Positions 1 to 12,042 of a stretch of 64,000 bases of DNA are shown piece by piece. This stretch comes from Octopus vulgaris (Eukaryota), in contig OX597820.1 of the NCBI GenBank assembly GCA_951406725.2, positions 36,952,001 to 37,016,000 on the forward strand, given 5' to 3'. A program made the translations under genes and the position numbers. The first letter of the stretch is position 1, and each line of letters opens with the position of its first letter. The notes under the pieces were generated by a model that was given only the letters and a program-made list of their open reading frames with translations, had not been told where the DNA came from and ran no database searches.

Positions 1-700
1 TCCCCCAGCCATGCAGGGGACAATATAACAGTAGAAATGTGAGGTAGAAGGGTTATCAAAGGTGAGAATTTTTGAAGAGGTAAAAAGTGTGTAATGCCAA
101 GAAATACCTAGACCCTAGGCTGGATGATACATGCCAGGTGTGCCTTGCTAGAAATATGTTGCTGTTTTACATTAAGGTGAAGTGTTTCAAATTGTATTAT
201 AGTATATATATGTGAATTACAATGTCACTGTGGGGGAAAGTGTATCTAAAATGATATGGATGTATCAGTGTCATAAGTTCTTAAATAAAGAAACTGAAGG
301 TATAGCAAAAGCATAGTTCTATTGATATAAGCTGAAAGTCTAGCTGGAGTGATCAATGTGAGTTTGTTAATAAAACAATTGAAATGACAAGAAAAAGTTA
401 TAGTTTCCTCACAGATTGTTCAGATATAGTTTCCTCACAGATAATGAAGATAGGGTGATGTTAAGCTAATTACTTAGTTTATGAGATTGTATAGTATGGT
501 ACTTTTGAAAATGATTGGATAGTATCATGTACTGTGAGAAAATACAAATGTCAGTTAACAATGGTTGTAAGTAATCAGGAAAATTACTACAAGAGAGTTA
601 ACACTTGAGAATGTAGTTTGACTTTGTATAAAAACATGAACTCTTGGATTCTATATATTTCTTGAGATAATTGTTGGAAGTTAGTAACCCAGCACTAAGG
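1..700 (-). mobile_element. Highly degraded Penelope-like RT relic
   Basis: Minus-strand fragments loosely resemble the PLE RT motifs N.F.FN...Y.Q..G.AMG (~100-190) and AIP.SQFLR (~270-320); no ORF remains. Confidence 0.3.
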
Positions 701-1944
701 TGACACCTTGGTTTTTGGTATTTAGAAAATGTCTTCGGTAGGTTTCCAAGTTAAATAGATTGGTGGACAATGAGAAATTTAGGTATGTACAAAGGTAGAA
801 AAAGTAGTTAAGGGTGTATTTAATGGTGCTGTGAATAAGACAAGTAGTTAATAAATCAGCATTGTTGCAAGAGTTAACTAGAAATTAAGTTCCATCATTA
901 TTTCTGTCTAGATATGTGTGTGTACCATTTTTTGCAATAGCCCATACTTGCCTGAAAGGCTCCTAAAAAATTCATTTGCTGAAACTAGAGAAAATCTTTT
1001 AGAGATGTAGCATTTGCTTAATTCAAGTGCTGAGGTAAAAACATTATTCCTTATTCAGTAGCATGAATGTTATAAAATTTTCTAACATAAAAGATAAATA
1101 TATAAATGAGCTGGATTCTTTGAGATGTTAAGAGTAATTTAAATATATTTGACTTCATTTGCATATGCAAGAACTGGTGCTAAATGTTTTGACACTTTGA
1201 AAAGTTATGCAATTAAAATAAGTAGTGTCTGCAGCATTATATATATATATACATACACACACACACTAGAGCATTACCTGTCATTTTCAAAATATACTTT
1301 TGCCCTCATCCATGCATAATATCAAAAAATATGACATACAATAATAATTTAACTTTTATCAAATTTTATTTTACGTATACAAAATGATGAAATGATTACA
1401 AATTTTCAAAAGAAATATATTTACCTTAAAATTAGGTAAAGCAAATTTTTTTCATTTGTATATTTGCAATAAATACATTGTTTTCTAAATTTTCTCAATA
1501 CGATAGCAATCCACTTCATCACAAACCTATCTGCAAAATTTCATAAAAAGTATGTGCTTTAATCAGAAAATTATAAGACAATCAACCTGCACCACATATG
1601 TTAACTCTGTAGTTGTCCTTTACTTTCAGTATACAATGTAAAGTGTAACTTGAGAGAAATCAACTAACCAATATTTATATCAAATATTATTGTATATATA
1701 TGTATGTATCATCATCATCAGTTTAATGTCCACTTTTCCATACTTGCATGGTTCAGACATAGTTTGTTGAGGGAGATTTTGTATGCCTGGATGCCCATCA
1801 CATCACCAACCCTCACTTCTTTCCATTAAGGTCATATTTCTTTGTGGCCAGATATGTTTTCATGGAAGATAAGAAATGAACATCATACAACAGTAATGCT
1901 TAGTTTACAACTGTTAGTGATGTTCAAGGAAGGAGAGATACAAA

Positions 1945-4005
1945 CACACTTCATCATCATCAGCATTTAACATCTGTTTTCTATGCTGGCATGGATTGGA
2001 CAGCTTGAGGGGAACCGGCAAGTCAGAGGCTGCACTAAGTTCCATAGTCTGCTTTAGCTTGGTTTCTACAACTGGATGCCATTGCTAACACCAGCACCCA
2101 TACCAATACTTTTTACATGGCATCTTGATTTTAGTATCTCAATTTGTTGGGTCTTGTTGATTATAGCAATATGCCACATATCTCAGGCCTCTGTCATCTT
2201 CATAAAGCTCAGCATTTTGAGATTAGCCTTCAATACTTCATCCTATTTCTTCCTGGGTCATGCAACTATCCTCATCCATCCACATTATACAACCAAAATA
2301 GCATAGTCTCTTCTCTCGCACACTGCATATAATTCCTCTTATCCCAACTTCTCTCTCAATATGCCATTGCTCTGTCGCATATGCACACTGACATTGCATA
2401 TCCAGATGAGTATACCAGCTTCATTCCTCTCCAACCAATGCGTGTCCTCTGCATTCAGGGCCCACTTCTCACCACCCTGTAGCATCACATTTTGTACACA
2501 TGCAATCTTTTTTTTCACTTGGAAAGATCTTTGGTTGCAAACAGGCAACAGCTGTCTGAACTTTCTTCATCCTATTCTTATTCTAGCAATTACCCTTTTT
2601 ATACAACCTCCTCCACTGCTGATTAGGTTACCTAGGTAGCAAAAATTATCTACAACTATCAGAGAGCCACTTATACATTTGAGGAAAACAGATTCTTGTG
2701 TATCTGGGGGTCTTTATAGCTTCCATACATCTCCCACATGCTAACACTGCTTTCTCTGTTAACCTTCCTACTATTCTACTGCACCTCTTGTGTGTCCACA
2801 ACTTGCACTGGGTTCACTGGAAGGGTGAAGGATCCTTTTCGATCTCTTGCTAAGTTTACTTTCAGACCCTTTGGTTCCAGATTCTGCTATGAGAGCAAGA
2901 TCATCAGCATATAGTAGTTCCCATGAGCTTCCAGTCTTAAATTCCTCTGTTATGGCCTGGAGGACAACGATGAATAGCAGGGCACTGAGGACCGAGCCTT
3001 GGTGAGCACCTGCTTGTTCACTAAATTCATCGCAGTACCGAAGGCCAACTCTTACATTACCAACAGCACCCCTGTACGTGGCCTGTGCTGCTTTTAAAAG
3101 CCAATCATCTATCCCTAGCTTCCACTTCCTTTGAGTCCAAAATATCACTGAGTGAGGTACTCGGTCAAAGGCTTTCTCTAGATCAACAAATGCCAAGTAC
3201 AACAGCTTGTTCTTTGCTAAATATTCCTCTTGCAGTTGCCTGACTATGACAATATTATCTGTGGTATTTTCCCCTGGATTTCATCTGGTCTAATTCCGTT
3301 CCTAATTAATTGGGCTATAGCTCTCTACGCCACTTTCATCACCTGGTCCAGCAATTTGATGCCTCTATAATTACTTCTATTTAACGCATCCTCTTTGCTC
3401 TTGTAACAGCTGACTATGATGCTGCTGTGCCAGTCACTTGGGATTATGCCTTCTTGCATAACCTGATTAACTATACGGGTAACTAGACTGTATCCATCTG
3501 TATCAGTTTACTTAAGCATCTCAGCAGTGACTCTTGATGGACCAGGGGCCTTCCCTGTTTTCATATCTTTAATTGCCTTATCTATGATGCTGTTGTCAAC
3601 TAGGCCAGCTGGTACCTCTGTTGGGTTCACATGAGGAAGATTCCCTTTCTCCCATTCATTCTCTGCATTTAATAGTTTTTCATAGCTCTTTCATGCCATT
3701 TTCTTTTCAGGATCACTAAGAGCAAGTGTACAACTATCTGTACACACTTCTCTCCCACAACATCTCGATTATCTCTAACACACTGTGTAGCAATCTGGAA
3801 CACATCAAGTATCTGATCTATGTGCTGCAAGACATTGGCAGACCTCTTTCCTTCTGCATCTGCCTAACTGAATATATCTGATGGCTAGTTTCTCTTTTAG
3901 CTATCTGATATGGTTCTTTGTTACCACCACTCTTCCAGTCTTTCCAACCCCATCTCTTCTCTTTTATAACTTTGTTGACCTCACTCTTCTACTGCCATGT
4001 CACCC
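1945..4005 (-). mobile_element. Degenerate RTE-clade LINE (RT region plus 3' tail)
   Basis: ORF 2771..3202 has LYLAFVDLEKAFDRVP, HQGSVLS and LLYADDLAL RT motifs; (CAT)n-type tail near 1950; homologous to 30000-31803. Confidence 0.85.
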
Positions 4006-4009
4006 TTTG

Positions 4010-4609
4010 TGTGTAGCAGCAACATGATTTCATATTCATTGAACAGAGAGGGAGCTTTATATTATTGTATGGATAGTGATTGTGTCTTCTGGCTGTTGAA
4101 AGAGACTATGCTGTCATGATTCCATTAGATTTTCTAAGGTTTTGTTGGCCTCAATAAGCCAAGCTTCTACCTCTTATTCAACCTTTGGACAAGTAATGGA
4201 AGTGAGCACAAAAAATATACTATTTATAGTCTTCTCTTCTATTTCGTCATCAAATTTATTTTACTGCATAGTTAGCTGAAATTTATTAGTGTTTAGGTAT
4301 GACAAACTAAATAAAATGTACTGAGATTGACATTCAAAAGCCTCCAGCAAATTTTGATAAAGCTATCATTACCCTATCTCAGTAACATCTTTTGACAGCT
4401 AAACACACTGTCTCTACCAACATCAAGAAGAAAACATCATTCGCCACTGTTTCATGGAGGCTCAGAATGTTTCTGTGTAGCAGCAACATAATTTCATATT
4501 CCTTGAACCGAGAAGGAGCTTTATATTATTGTATGGATAGTGATTGTGTCTTCTGGCTGTTGAAAGAGACTATGCTGTCATGATTCCATTAGATTTTCTA
4601 AGGTTTTGT
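4010..4609 (+). repeat. ~135-bp near-identical direct repeat (4010-4146 and 4475-4609)
   Basis: TGTGTAGCAGCAACAT...GATTTTCTAAGGTTTTGTT occurs twice with about 4 mismatches. Confidence 0.9.
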
Positions 4610-4949
4610 TCAAGGACAACCTAGGTGTTTGGCTATGGATTATATTGTGTGAAATTTATTACTAAAATTAAAAATAATTGTAACACAAATCAAAGAACGG
4701 ATGAAAATGACATTTCAATGTTTTAACATTCACTTTTCAATACTTATATAGGTCAAATAGAGTATATTGAGGTGGATTTTCTATTGCCAGATACCTTTCC
4801 TGTTACCAACCCTCATCTGATTCCAAAGAATGTAATATTTCCCCATGGCCTAACATGTTTCCACTGAATATTAGAAGTCACTGAAACAGCTTGCATGACA
4901 AACACATGATGTCAAGACAAAGAGACAAACATACATATTTATAAGACAG

Positions 4950-5095
4950 GATTCTTTCAGTTCCTGTCATCTGAATCCATTCTGAAGACATTGGTCAGTC
5001 TGGGAGCACAGCTCAAGATGCCACATAGTGGGACTGAATCAAAAACTATTTGATTGGGAAGCAAACTTCTTAACCACACAGCCATGCTTGCACCT
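4950..5095 (-). mobile_element. tRNA-derived octopus SINE (OR-like) 5' part
   Basis: Reverse complement of the SINE head at 29325 (GGCTGTGTGGTTAAGAAGTTTGCTTCCCAA...CAGTCCCAC). Confidence 0.7.
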
Positions 5096-5739
5096 ACTAT
5101 TAGCAAATTAAAAGTTTGTAGGAGGCAAAGGGAATAGCAGATTTAATTAGGTCTACAGTATTTCCCTCAACTATCACGGGTGTTACATTCCAAAACCTCC
5201 CACAAAAATAATTAAAAGCTAAAAAATATAAATACCTATCGGCCACAGAAACCTGCAATATACTGAGGGGTCCACTATATAAATTTACATATATTAACGA
5301 GAAAAATCCATTATGTACTGAGTGCGCGTTATGTCGACCACAATATGGCAAAGGACTATTATAGTATGGCAGTTGATTTTGTCTTGTCCTCATAGGTAGA
5401 AGTTTACAGATTGGAGGTTGGTAAAATAAATGCAAGCAATATCCTTGGGTGATTATTGATGCTATTTAAACCCAGGTACTTCAATCAAGAGACATATAGT
5501 CTAAAGCATTCCAACTATGACCATCCAGTTTTATTTCAGACACAGTGTCTAGGAGTAGATTATCCAACGTGTCTTATTTTTATAAGATATCAGAATGTGA
5601 TTTGAGAGGTGCTTGATTGTTATTTGTAGCAGGTTGAGTAATCTTATAGAGACTCTTTGTTGATTTGAATATATTGGGGTTGACTTAATCAACTATGTCC
5701 TACCCCAAAACATTTCTGGTTATGTGCTTATCTATTTTT

Positions 5740-6085
5740 ACTTGTCCCAGTTAATTTATTGTGGCTATGCTGGGGCACCATCTTGAAAAGTCTACCTGAA
5801 CAAATCAACACTATTACTTATTTTTAAAGTCTGGTACTTATTCTATCAGTCTCTTGTGCATAACTGCTAAGTTATAACAAACCAAAGCCAGTTGTCAAGT
5901 GTAGTGGAGGTTACAAAGACATACACATACATACATACATATGACAGTATTCCACAGTTTTCATCTATCAAATTCACACACAAGGCATTGGTTGGCCGGG
6001 GATATAATAGAAGACATTTTCTAATGTTTGGGACTGAACCCAAAACCATGTGGTTGCAAAGCAAGCTTTTTAATCACACAGCCAG
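5740..6085 (-). mobile_element. tRNA-derived octopus SINE (OR-like)
   Basis: Colinear with the reverse complement of 29325-29700. Confidence 0.75.
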
Positions 6086-6094
6086 AAATCCTTT

Positions 6095-6300
6095 CTACTA
6101 TAGGCACAAGGCCTGAAATTTTAGGGGAGCAGGTAAGTTGATTACATCGACCTCAGTCCACAACTGGTATTTGTTTTATCAACCCTGAAAGGATGTAAAA
6201 TAAAGTCAACCTCTGTGGAATTTGAACTGAGAACGTAACATGGACAAAATTCCACTAAGTATTTTGCCCAGTGGGTAACGATTCTGCCAGCTCACCACTT
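6095..6300 (-). mobile_element. Second SINE family with Meta/MESC-like central domain
   Basis: GGTA(T/C)TT.TTTTATC.ACC.(T/C)GAAA.GGATG...GGAATTTGAACT.AGAACG; second copy at 25190-25390. Confidence 0.6.
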
Positions 6301-6725
6301 TGAAACCATCAAATATCTACTGCATTAATGTTCAGTGAAGGCAGGTGTTGAACTCAGAATTGTAAGTTTGTGGTTTCAATTCCCAAACTGGATAGGGCAT
6401 AGTGTTCTTGAGCAAAACACTTCATTTCACATTGCTTCAGTCTACTCAATTCAAAAAAAGTACCAGCAGCATCTGGAGTTTAATCCTGCAGCAGTCTGAT
6501 GCCCTTTGAGGGCAGGGTAAGGGGTATTATATCCGCCTGGTCATTTTAAAGCTATGGATACAGGGATAAGTTCTAGTCTAATGTACTTCTAGATTTGTGA
6601 CAAATGCTATTCACTTTTTTTTTAACTTCTCCATATCAACATTTCTGATAGCCTGTTTACAAATGTAAACAGGCAAAACGTTAAATTAATTAAAGATAGA
6701 TCAGCTAGAAATATAAATAATATAG

Positions 6726-6929
6726 CCCTTTTGTTACCTTGTTTCTGTTGAAATATACCACCTTATAATTCATTTTGAAAATTATGAAGAATTAAGTAAA
6801 ATAATTTTATCAATATTAAGTTGGTATTTGAAGCATAATTTAAATTTTTATATAAAGTAGATCTCTTTTAAAGAGGAAGTTTGTATCACAGAACTAGGGG
6901 TAGTCTTGAGTGGAATGATATCAAAAGGG
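6726..6929. mobile_element. piggyBac-like MITE
   Basis: CCCTTTTGTTACC...GATATCAAAAGGG termini, TTAA on the right side. Confidence 0.5.
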
Positions 6930-7005
6930 TTAAGGAAAGGGTAATTTATTAATCAGGAAACAGTATACAAACTCCATTGTTTACAGTAGGTTTTGACCAG
7001 TTTAA

Positions 7006-7203
7006 CCCTCTAGCTTTCAGATTATTCTGTCAAATGTAATTCACATTGTTTTCAATTTATCCTGCATTATCTTGTAGCTGTGAGATTATATATATTTTTA
7101 GATTAACATTGTAGGGTAGGCATGAGAGGCTGGATCTTGCCAGTTTGAACATAAAATAGGAAGAATATTTTGGCTGGATATGGCCAGTTTAAATGCTAAA
7201 GGG
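7006..7203. mobile_element. piggyBac-like MITE
   Basis: TTAA|CCCTCTAGC...GCTAAAGGG|TCAA: CCC/GGG ends and a TTAA-type TSD. Confidence 0.6.
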
Positions 7204-8370
7204 TCAATGCTTATATTGACACAAATACTTTTGCATTCAGTTGCAAAGGATTCTGGAACAGTAGAGAATTTCAGTCTGACACAAATAATAGGTCTTGCTT
7301 TTTCTCATTTTGCCATGCTGGTTATGTTTACATGAGTTCAGAGTAATGGAATAATCAGTCTTTGTGAATCCATGCAATGTATTATGGGTTTTCTTTTTTA
7401 CACCCGAAACTGGAGATTTTAGTCTTCTACAGTATTAACTGGTTTGATATTAGTTCAGCCATTTATTTCTTGGTGTGCATAACCAACTTTAGTATTAAAT
7501 AAAGTAAATAAAACATACAGTGGTATAGAGCAGGTAAAACAATGCTATCAGAATAAAGTTACTGTAAAACTGTTTCAATAGACAACAAAATAAAGAAAGA
7601 AGACCAGTCTGTGTGAACTGTAGAAGTGAATAGTGTTTATTTTATAGTTATTAAAGTTAAAATCCCTCAAATTTTCTATATTCATCATAAACCAATGTTC
7701 TACAACCTAAATGACTCAGTCCCTGGTTGTGTACTATTTCAGTTGAGTTGAAGAATCCATTGTACATTGTTTGCTATATCATTTTTGCTTGTGCATTAAG
7801 TTAATTTTGCCTCTGGTTCATCAGTAAATTTATTCACATATAATTAATGAGATTTATGTTGACCTTTAAGAGAAAGAAAATTAAACACTCCAAGTTATCA
7901 AATAACTTATTGATTTGACTAAGTGGTTGATAAATCAAATCGAGGAGTGGCAACATAGAGCTTGAAGGGACATTTTAGTCAAATTGAGGGCAAGGGAATC
8001 TCTACAGTGATGGTTCCACAAAAAATTCATCCTGTACACTGAAGTGACTGGTGTTAGGAAGGACATATAGCTGTAGAAACCATAGAACTGAGACAATGGA
8101 ACAAGATGTAATCCTCCAGCCTGTTAGATTTGGTTGAACAATCCAATATGGAAAACATACAAATCAATTTCTGTGCTACATGCAGTAGGAAGTTGTTCCT
8201 ACAATACCATACCTAATACAATAGATAGAATTAGTGGATTGAGAACAGAATACAAACTGCAAACATTTAAACTGGGTAAATGCTATGCTATTTATTCAGC
8301 CATTCTTGCTCTCCACAGTGTTATAGGTTCTCATAAATGCCAAAATGCATTTGAGATTCGAAGTTCTAAT

Positions 8371-9570
8371 TCAGTGTTTTGATTTCTCATTTGTATGAAC
8401 ACGTCTGTGAGAAATCAAACTACCACTCTGAGTGAAAGTTTTATCACAGATATCACAGTGGTAGGGTTTTTCCCCTGTATGAATACGTCTGTGAATCGTT
8501 ACACTATTACTCCGAGTGAAAGTTTTACCACAGATATCACAGTGGTATGATTTCTCATTCGTATGAAAACGCCTGTGAGAAATCAAACTACCACTCTGAG
8601 TGAAAGTTTTATCACAGATATCACAGTGGTAGGGTTTTTCCCCTGTATGAATACGTCTGTGAATAGTTACACTATTACTCCGAGTGAAATTTTTACCACA
8701 GATATCACATTGGTATGGTTTCTCATTTGTGTGAATACTTTTATGATTAGTTAAAGTTGTACTCTGAGAGAAAGTTTTATCACAGATATCACAATGGTAT
8801 GGTTTTTCACCAGTATGAATACGTCTATGATCAAGCATGCTACCTCTGTGTAAGAAAGATTTACCACAGATATCACAATGATAGGGTTTTTCACCAGTAT
8901 GAACGCGTATGTGATAAGTTAAACTACTGTGGTGAGCAAAATCTTTCCCACAGATCTCGCAATGGTATGGTTTTTCACCAGTGTGAACACGTATGTGATA
9001 CGTTAAGCTACTATGATAAGCAAAATCTTTACCACAAACATCACAATGGTAAGGTTTTTCCCCAGTATGAATTCGTTGATGCACAAGCATTCCATCTTTC
9101 TGTGAGAAGGATTTACCACAAATCTCACAGTGGTATGGTTTGTCATCTGTGTGAACACGTTTGTGAGTAATTAACTGATAACTCATTGAGAATGCTTTAC
9201 CACAAATACCACATTGATGTCGTTTCTCACCTGTGTGAACACTTTTATGACTAATTAGCTGTCCTCTCTCAGAGAATGTGTCACCACAGATATCACAGTG
9301 GTATGGTTTCTCACCTGTATGAATACGTTTGTGTACAGACAAAAAGCCTTTAACCATGAACTTTTTACCACAAATATCGCAGCGATAACGCAATGAACTG
9401 GTGTTAATAAATTTTGGTCCACTGATATTACTATTATGCGTAAATGTTTTAGAAGACTTATCAGGTAGCTTTAATTTCTTTCCCATATTTGTCAGTCTTT
9501 TATGAGATACACGAGTATTCTTGGAGGGGTTTTCACCCTCAACCTCACTCCCACACAGTTTATCTTCCAT
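8371..9570 (-). CDS. G1: C2H2 zinc-finger protein, 12 tandem fingers, 399 aa
   Basis: Repeated YxCxxCGKxFxxxxxLxxHxRxH-TGEKP; first ATG (MEDKLC) at 9570, whereas the ORF track starts at an upstream TTG; predicted exon acceptor TTTTTTGCAG at 9812/9811. Confidence 0.93.
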   Translation of the reverse strand: MEDKLCGSEVEGENPSKNTRVSHKRLTNMGKKLKLPDKSSKTFTHNSNISGPKFINTSSLRYRCDICGKKFMVKGFLSVHKRIHTGEKPYHCDICGDTFSERGQLISHKSVHTGEKRHQCGICGKAFSMSYQLITHKRVHTDDKPYHCEICGKSFSQKDGMLVHQRIHTGEKPYHCDVCGKDFAYHSSLTYHIRVHTGEKPYHCEICGKDFAHHSSLTYHIRVHTGEKPYHCDICGKSFLHRGSMLDHRRIHTGEKPYHCDICDKTFSQSTTLTNHKSIHTNEKPYQCDICGKNFTRSNSVTIHRRIHTGEKPYHCDICDKTFTQSGSLISHRRFHTNEKSYHCDICGKTFTRSNSVTIHRRIHTGEKPYHCDICDKTFTQSGSLISHRRVHTNEKSKH

Positions 9571-11065
9571 AATTTCTTCTTGCACCAATATTTCAAAAAA
9601 GCATATATCAGATACTACAGAAAAACAGTTGTAGTATAATGTCAAATCTTCTCTAATATGACTGCCACCACCCAGCCAGTATATTTCCAATCAACACTAA
9701 AATCTTTTAGAGTTATCTAATCACAGCCTTCTTGATGATTATGTCATTCTGTAGTTTTTAAACTTTCTTACGTTTGTAAATATATCTTCTCTCAATGTTA
9801 CCAGAAAAATCTGCAAAAAAAGAAGACATAACAGATAAGCAACAATGATATACTAAGATGGAAGTTATTTAAGATAAGATGATATTTGATGGCATAGTTA
9901 AAGTGAATTACAAAAATTTTAAACTGAACTACATTTTAATATACTTCAATAATATAGAAATATCGATCAAGTATCTTTCAAAAAGTACTATTTCTAACTC
10001 CCCATTATGTTCAGCATCATGTCATATTCAAATATATCATAAAAAGGCTCAGTGTAAGCTTTTGTCAGTGAGCTTGTCTTCGGGTTTTTTCTTCATATTG
10101 AACGACCCAGATACTGCTCCTGTTTTGTAAGTACACCAATCAGGGAAAAAAATCGTATGACAGATATAACAATTCAAAAACGTTTTGTCAGTAAAATAAG
10201 AAATTGTATACAATATCAAAGAGTGTGAAAAATTATAACTAACGCTAGATATCTGACAGACATGAGTGCGTTTTCAAAGATTTTGATTACAACTATAAAA
10301 AAAAAAATCATAAAATAGTTATATTTTTTAATTGGAAACTGATCAGGGTTGAGGTATTTACTGCTTCTTACTAGGCACTGGAGAGCTAGTCATACTTATT
10401 CTAGATGATGGTGTTCAGGGAGCAAAGACCCAATTTACACAATGGAATTTAGGGAGTTAAACAAGGCAATGAAGTTTAGGGAATTTGTCAAATCACTCAG
10501 TCTAGACAATGACATTTCAGGAGTTGGGCAATGGAGTTTAGAGAGTTAGACAAAGCCCCATTCTAAAAATAGAGTTTAAGAAGCTAACCAAACACTTCTA
10601 GACTCCATAAGTCTAGGGAGCTAGGTAAGCTGCTATTCTGTTTTAGTTACCTTAGTAAACATGGCATCGAAGATTACGTTTGTGACTAGGGGAACCCGGC
10701 ATAAACTAAAAATTTCACTTTCGGACAGTGTTTCATTCTACGTGTTCGATTCGGACAGATATTATCAAGATAACATTTCTAATTGAGAGATAAATATACT
10801 GAGCCAAACAGGAACGTGGGAAACTATTATATTTAAAAGCGTACTTCCCCCCGCTAAAGCCGAAAGACGTCAAATGCGATCCCCTTGCAAAGAGAATTTT
10901 TCAACTAATCTACAATCATTCGTGTATTCCAAACTTTGAATACCGGCCTAAAACAAGCAAAATTATATAACCTAACAACCACTTATAAAATTTATTTCCT
11001 TATACATTCTTCAAAACTTCCAAGTAACACAAGATGTAGTTAATATAGATAAATATTTTACTTAC

Positions 11066-11310
11066 ATAACAATTAAGTCCCAATTTTATATACGTGGTCT
11101 TCTAAAGTGGACAGTTAATTAATACGAACAGTGATTGCTGTAAATAGACAACTGAATTTCAACGATAAAGCTTAAAGAAGCTAACATCGTTATTCCAGTT
11201 GATTTTCTTTACATACCAATTGCAGACTACCAAAGTGTATATTGACACGATAAACAACACCAGCGAAGTCTATTTTGATTACCCTTAACAATGTCAGGGG
11301 AGTTAACTCT
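11066..11310 (-). promoter_or_regulatory. G1 putative promoter motif plus non-coding exon 1
   Basis: AGAGTTAACTCCCCTG at 11310-11295; donor AT|GTAAGT at 11065; region homologous to 23410-23711. Confidence 0.6.
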
Positions 11311-12042
11311 ACCATCATTAATAACTCTCACTATATAAACCTCTTCTATAAACAGTTGCTAACTTTAAGCCCAGAACTTATTAATGTGACTAAGCTATTT
11401 GGAGAATCTCTAGCAAATTAATAAGGTTTCAGTCAATCTGAAGTGGAATAATTAACTTTGCATCCTAATTCAAAAAGAAAAGTAATCATTACACCAACTA
11501 CTTTTGTAGAAACGGAACTAGAACTCTTTTATAGAAAAAGTAATTTGCATAAAATATTCAACACTATAATTAATTCTCTCTCTCACACACAGCAATGCCA
11601 CTGTTAATTAAAAGAAATAAATAATTAAGCTATGAGGAAAGAATCTAAAGATAACATAATGTCAAGTCATAATTCATATAATGCAATATATTCAATTTCA
11701 ATATATCAGGCGTTGCTTAATATGATTGATATGTGATTTTAATTATAGACAATTAATTATGAAAAAAACAAGGTATTTACGTAATCAGTGCTTTCAAACA
11801 GGTTTTCCTTCATGTGCTTGATGTGTTGAATAAGAATTATGTGTAATTTCGTTTACAGACATATCTTAATGTTCTCTTTAAAAAAATAATTCACTTGCAA
11901 ATCCTCTGATCGCAGAATAAGCCTCAATCTTCACTCAGGTTTTTCAAATAGTCTTTTCTAAAGGAGAACTAATTTAAACTAAACTAAATATGTCACTATA
12001 TTCTTTAAAATTGTATCAGCTACAGTACAGTTTATTTAACTT

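Noticed and set aside
8371-9120. Periodic CCACAGATATCACA repeats resembling a CRISPR array
   Set aside because: These are CDICG codons of zinc fingers; eukaryotic DNA with no cas genes
8563-9170. Antisense and alternate-frame ORFs over ZNF genes (also 20501, 37628-38647, 51684-52711)
   Set aside because: Shadow ORFs caused by the 84-bp finger periodicity
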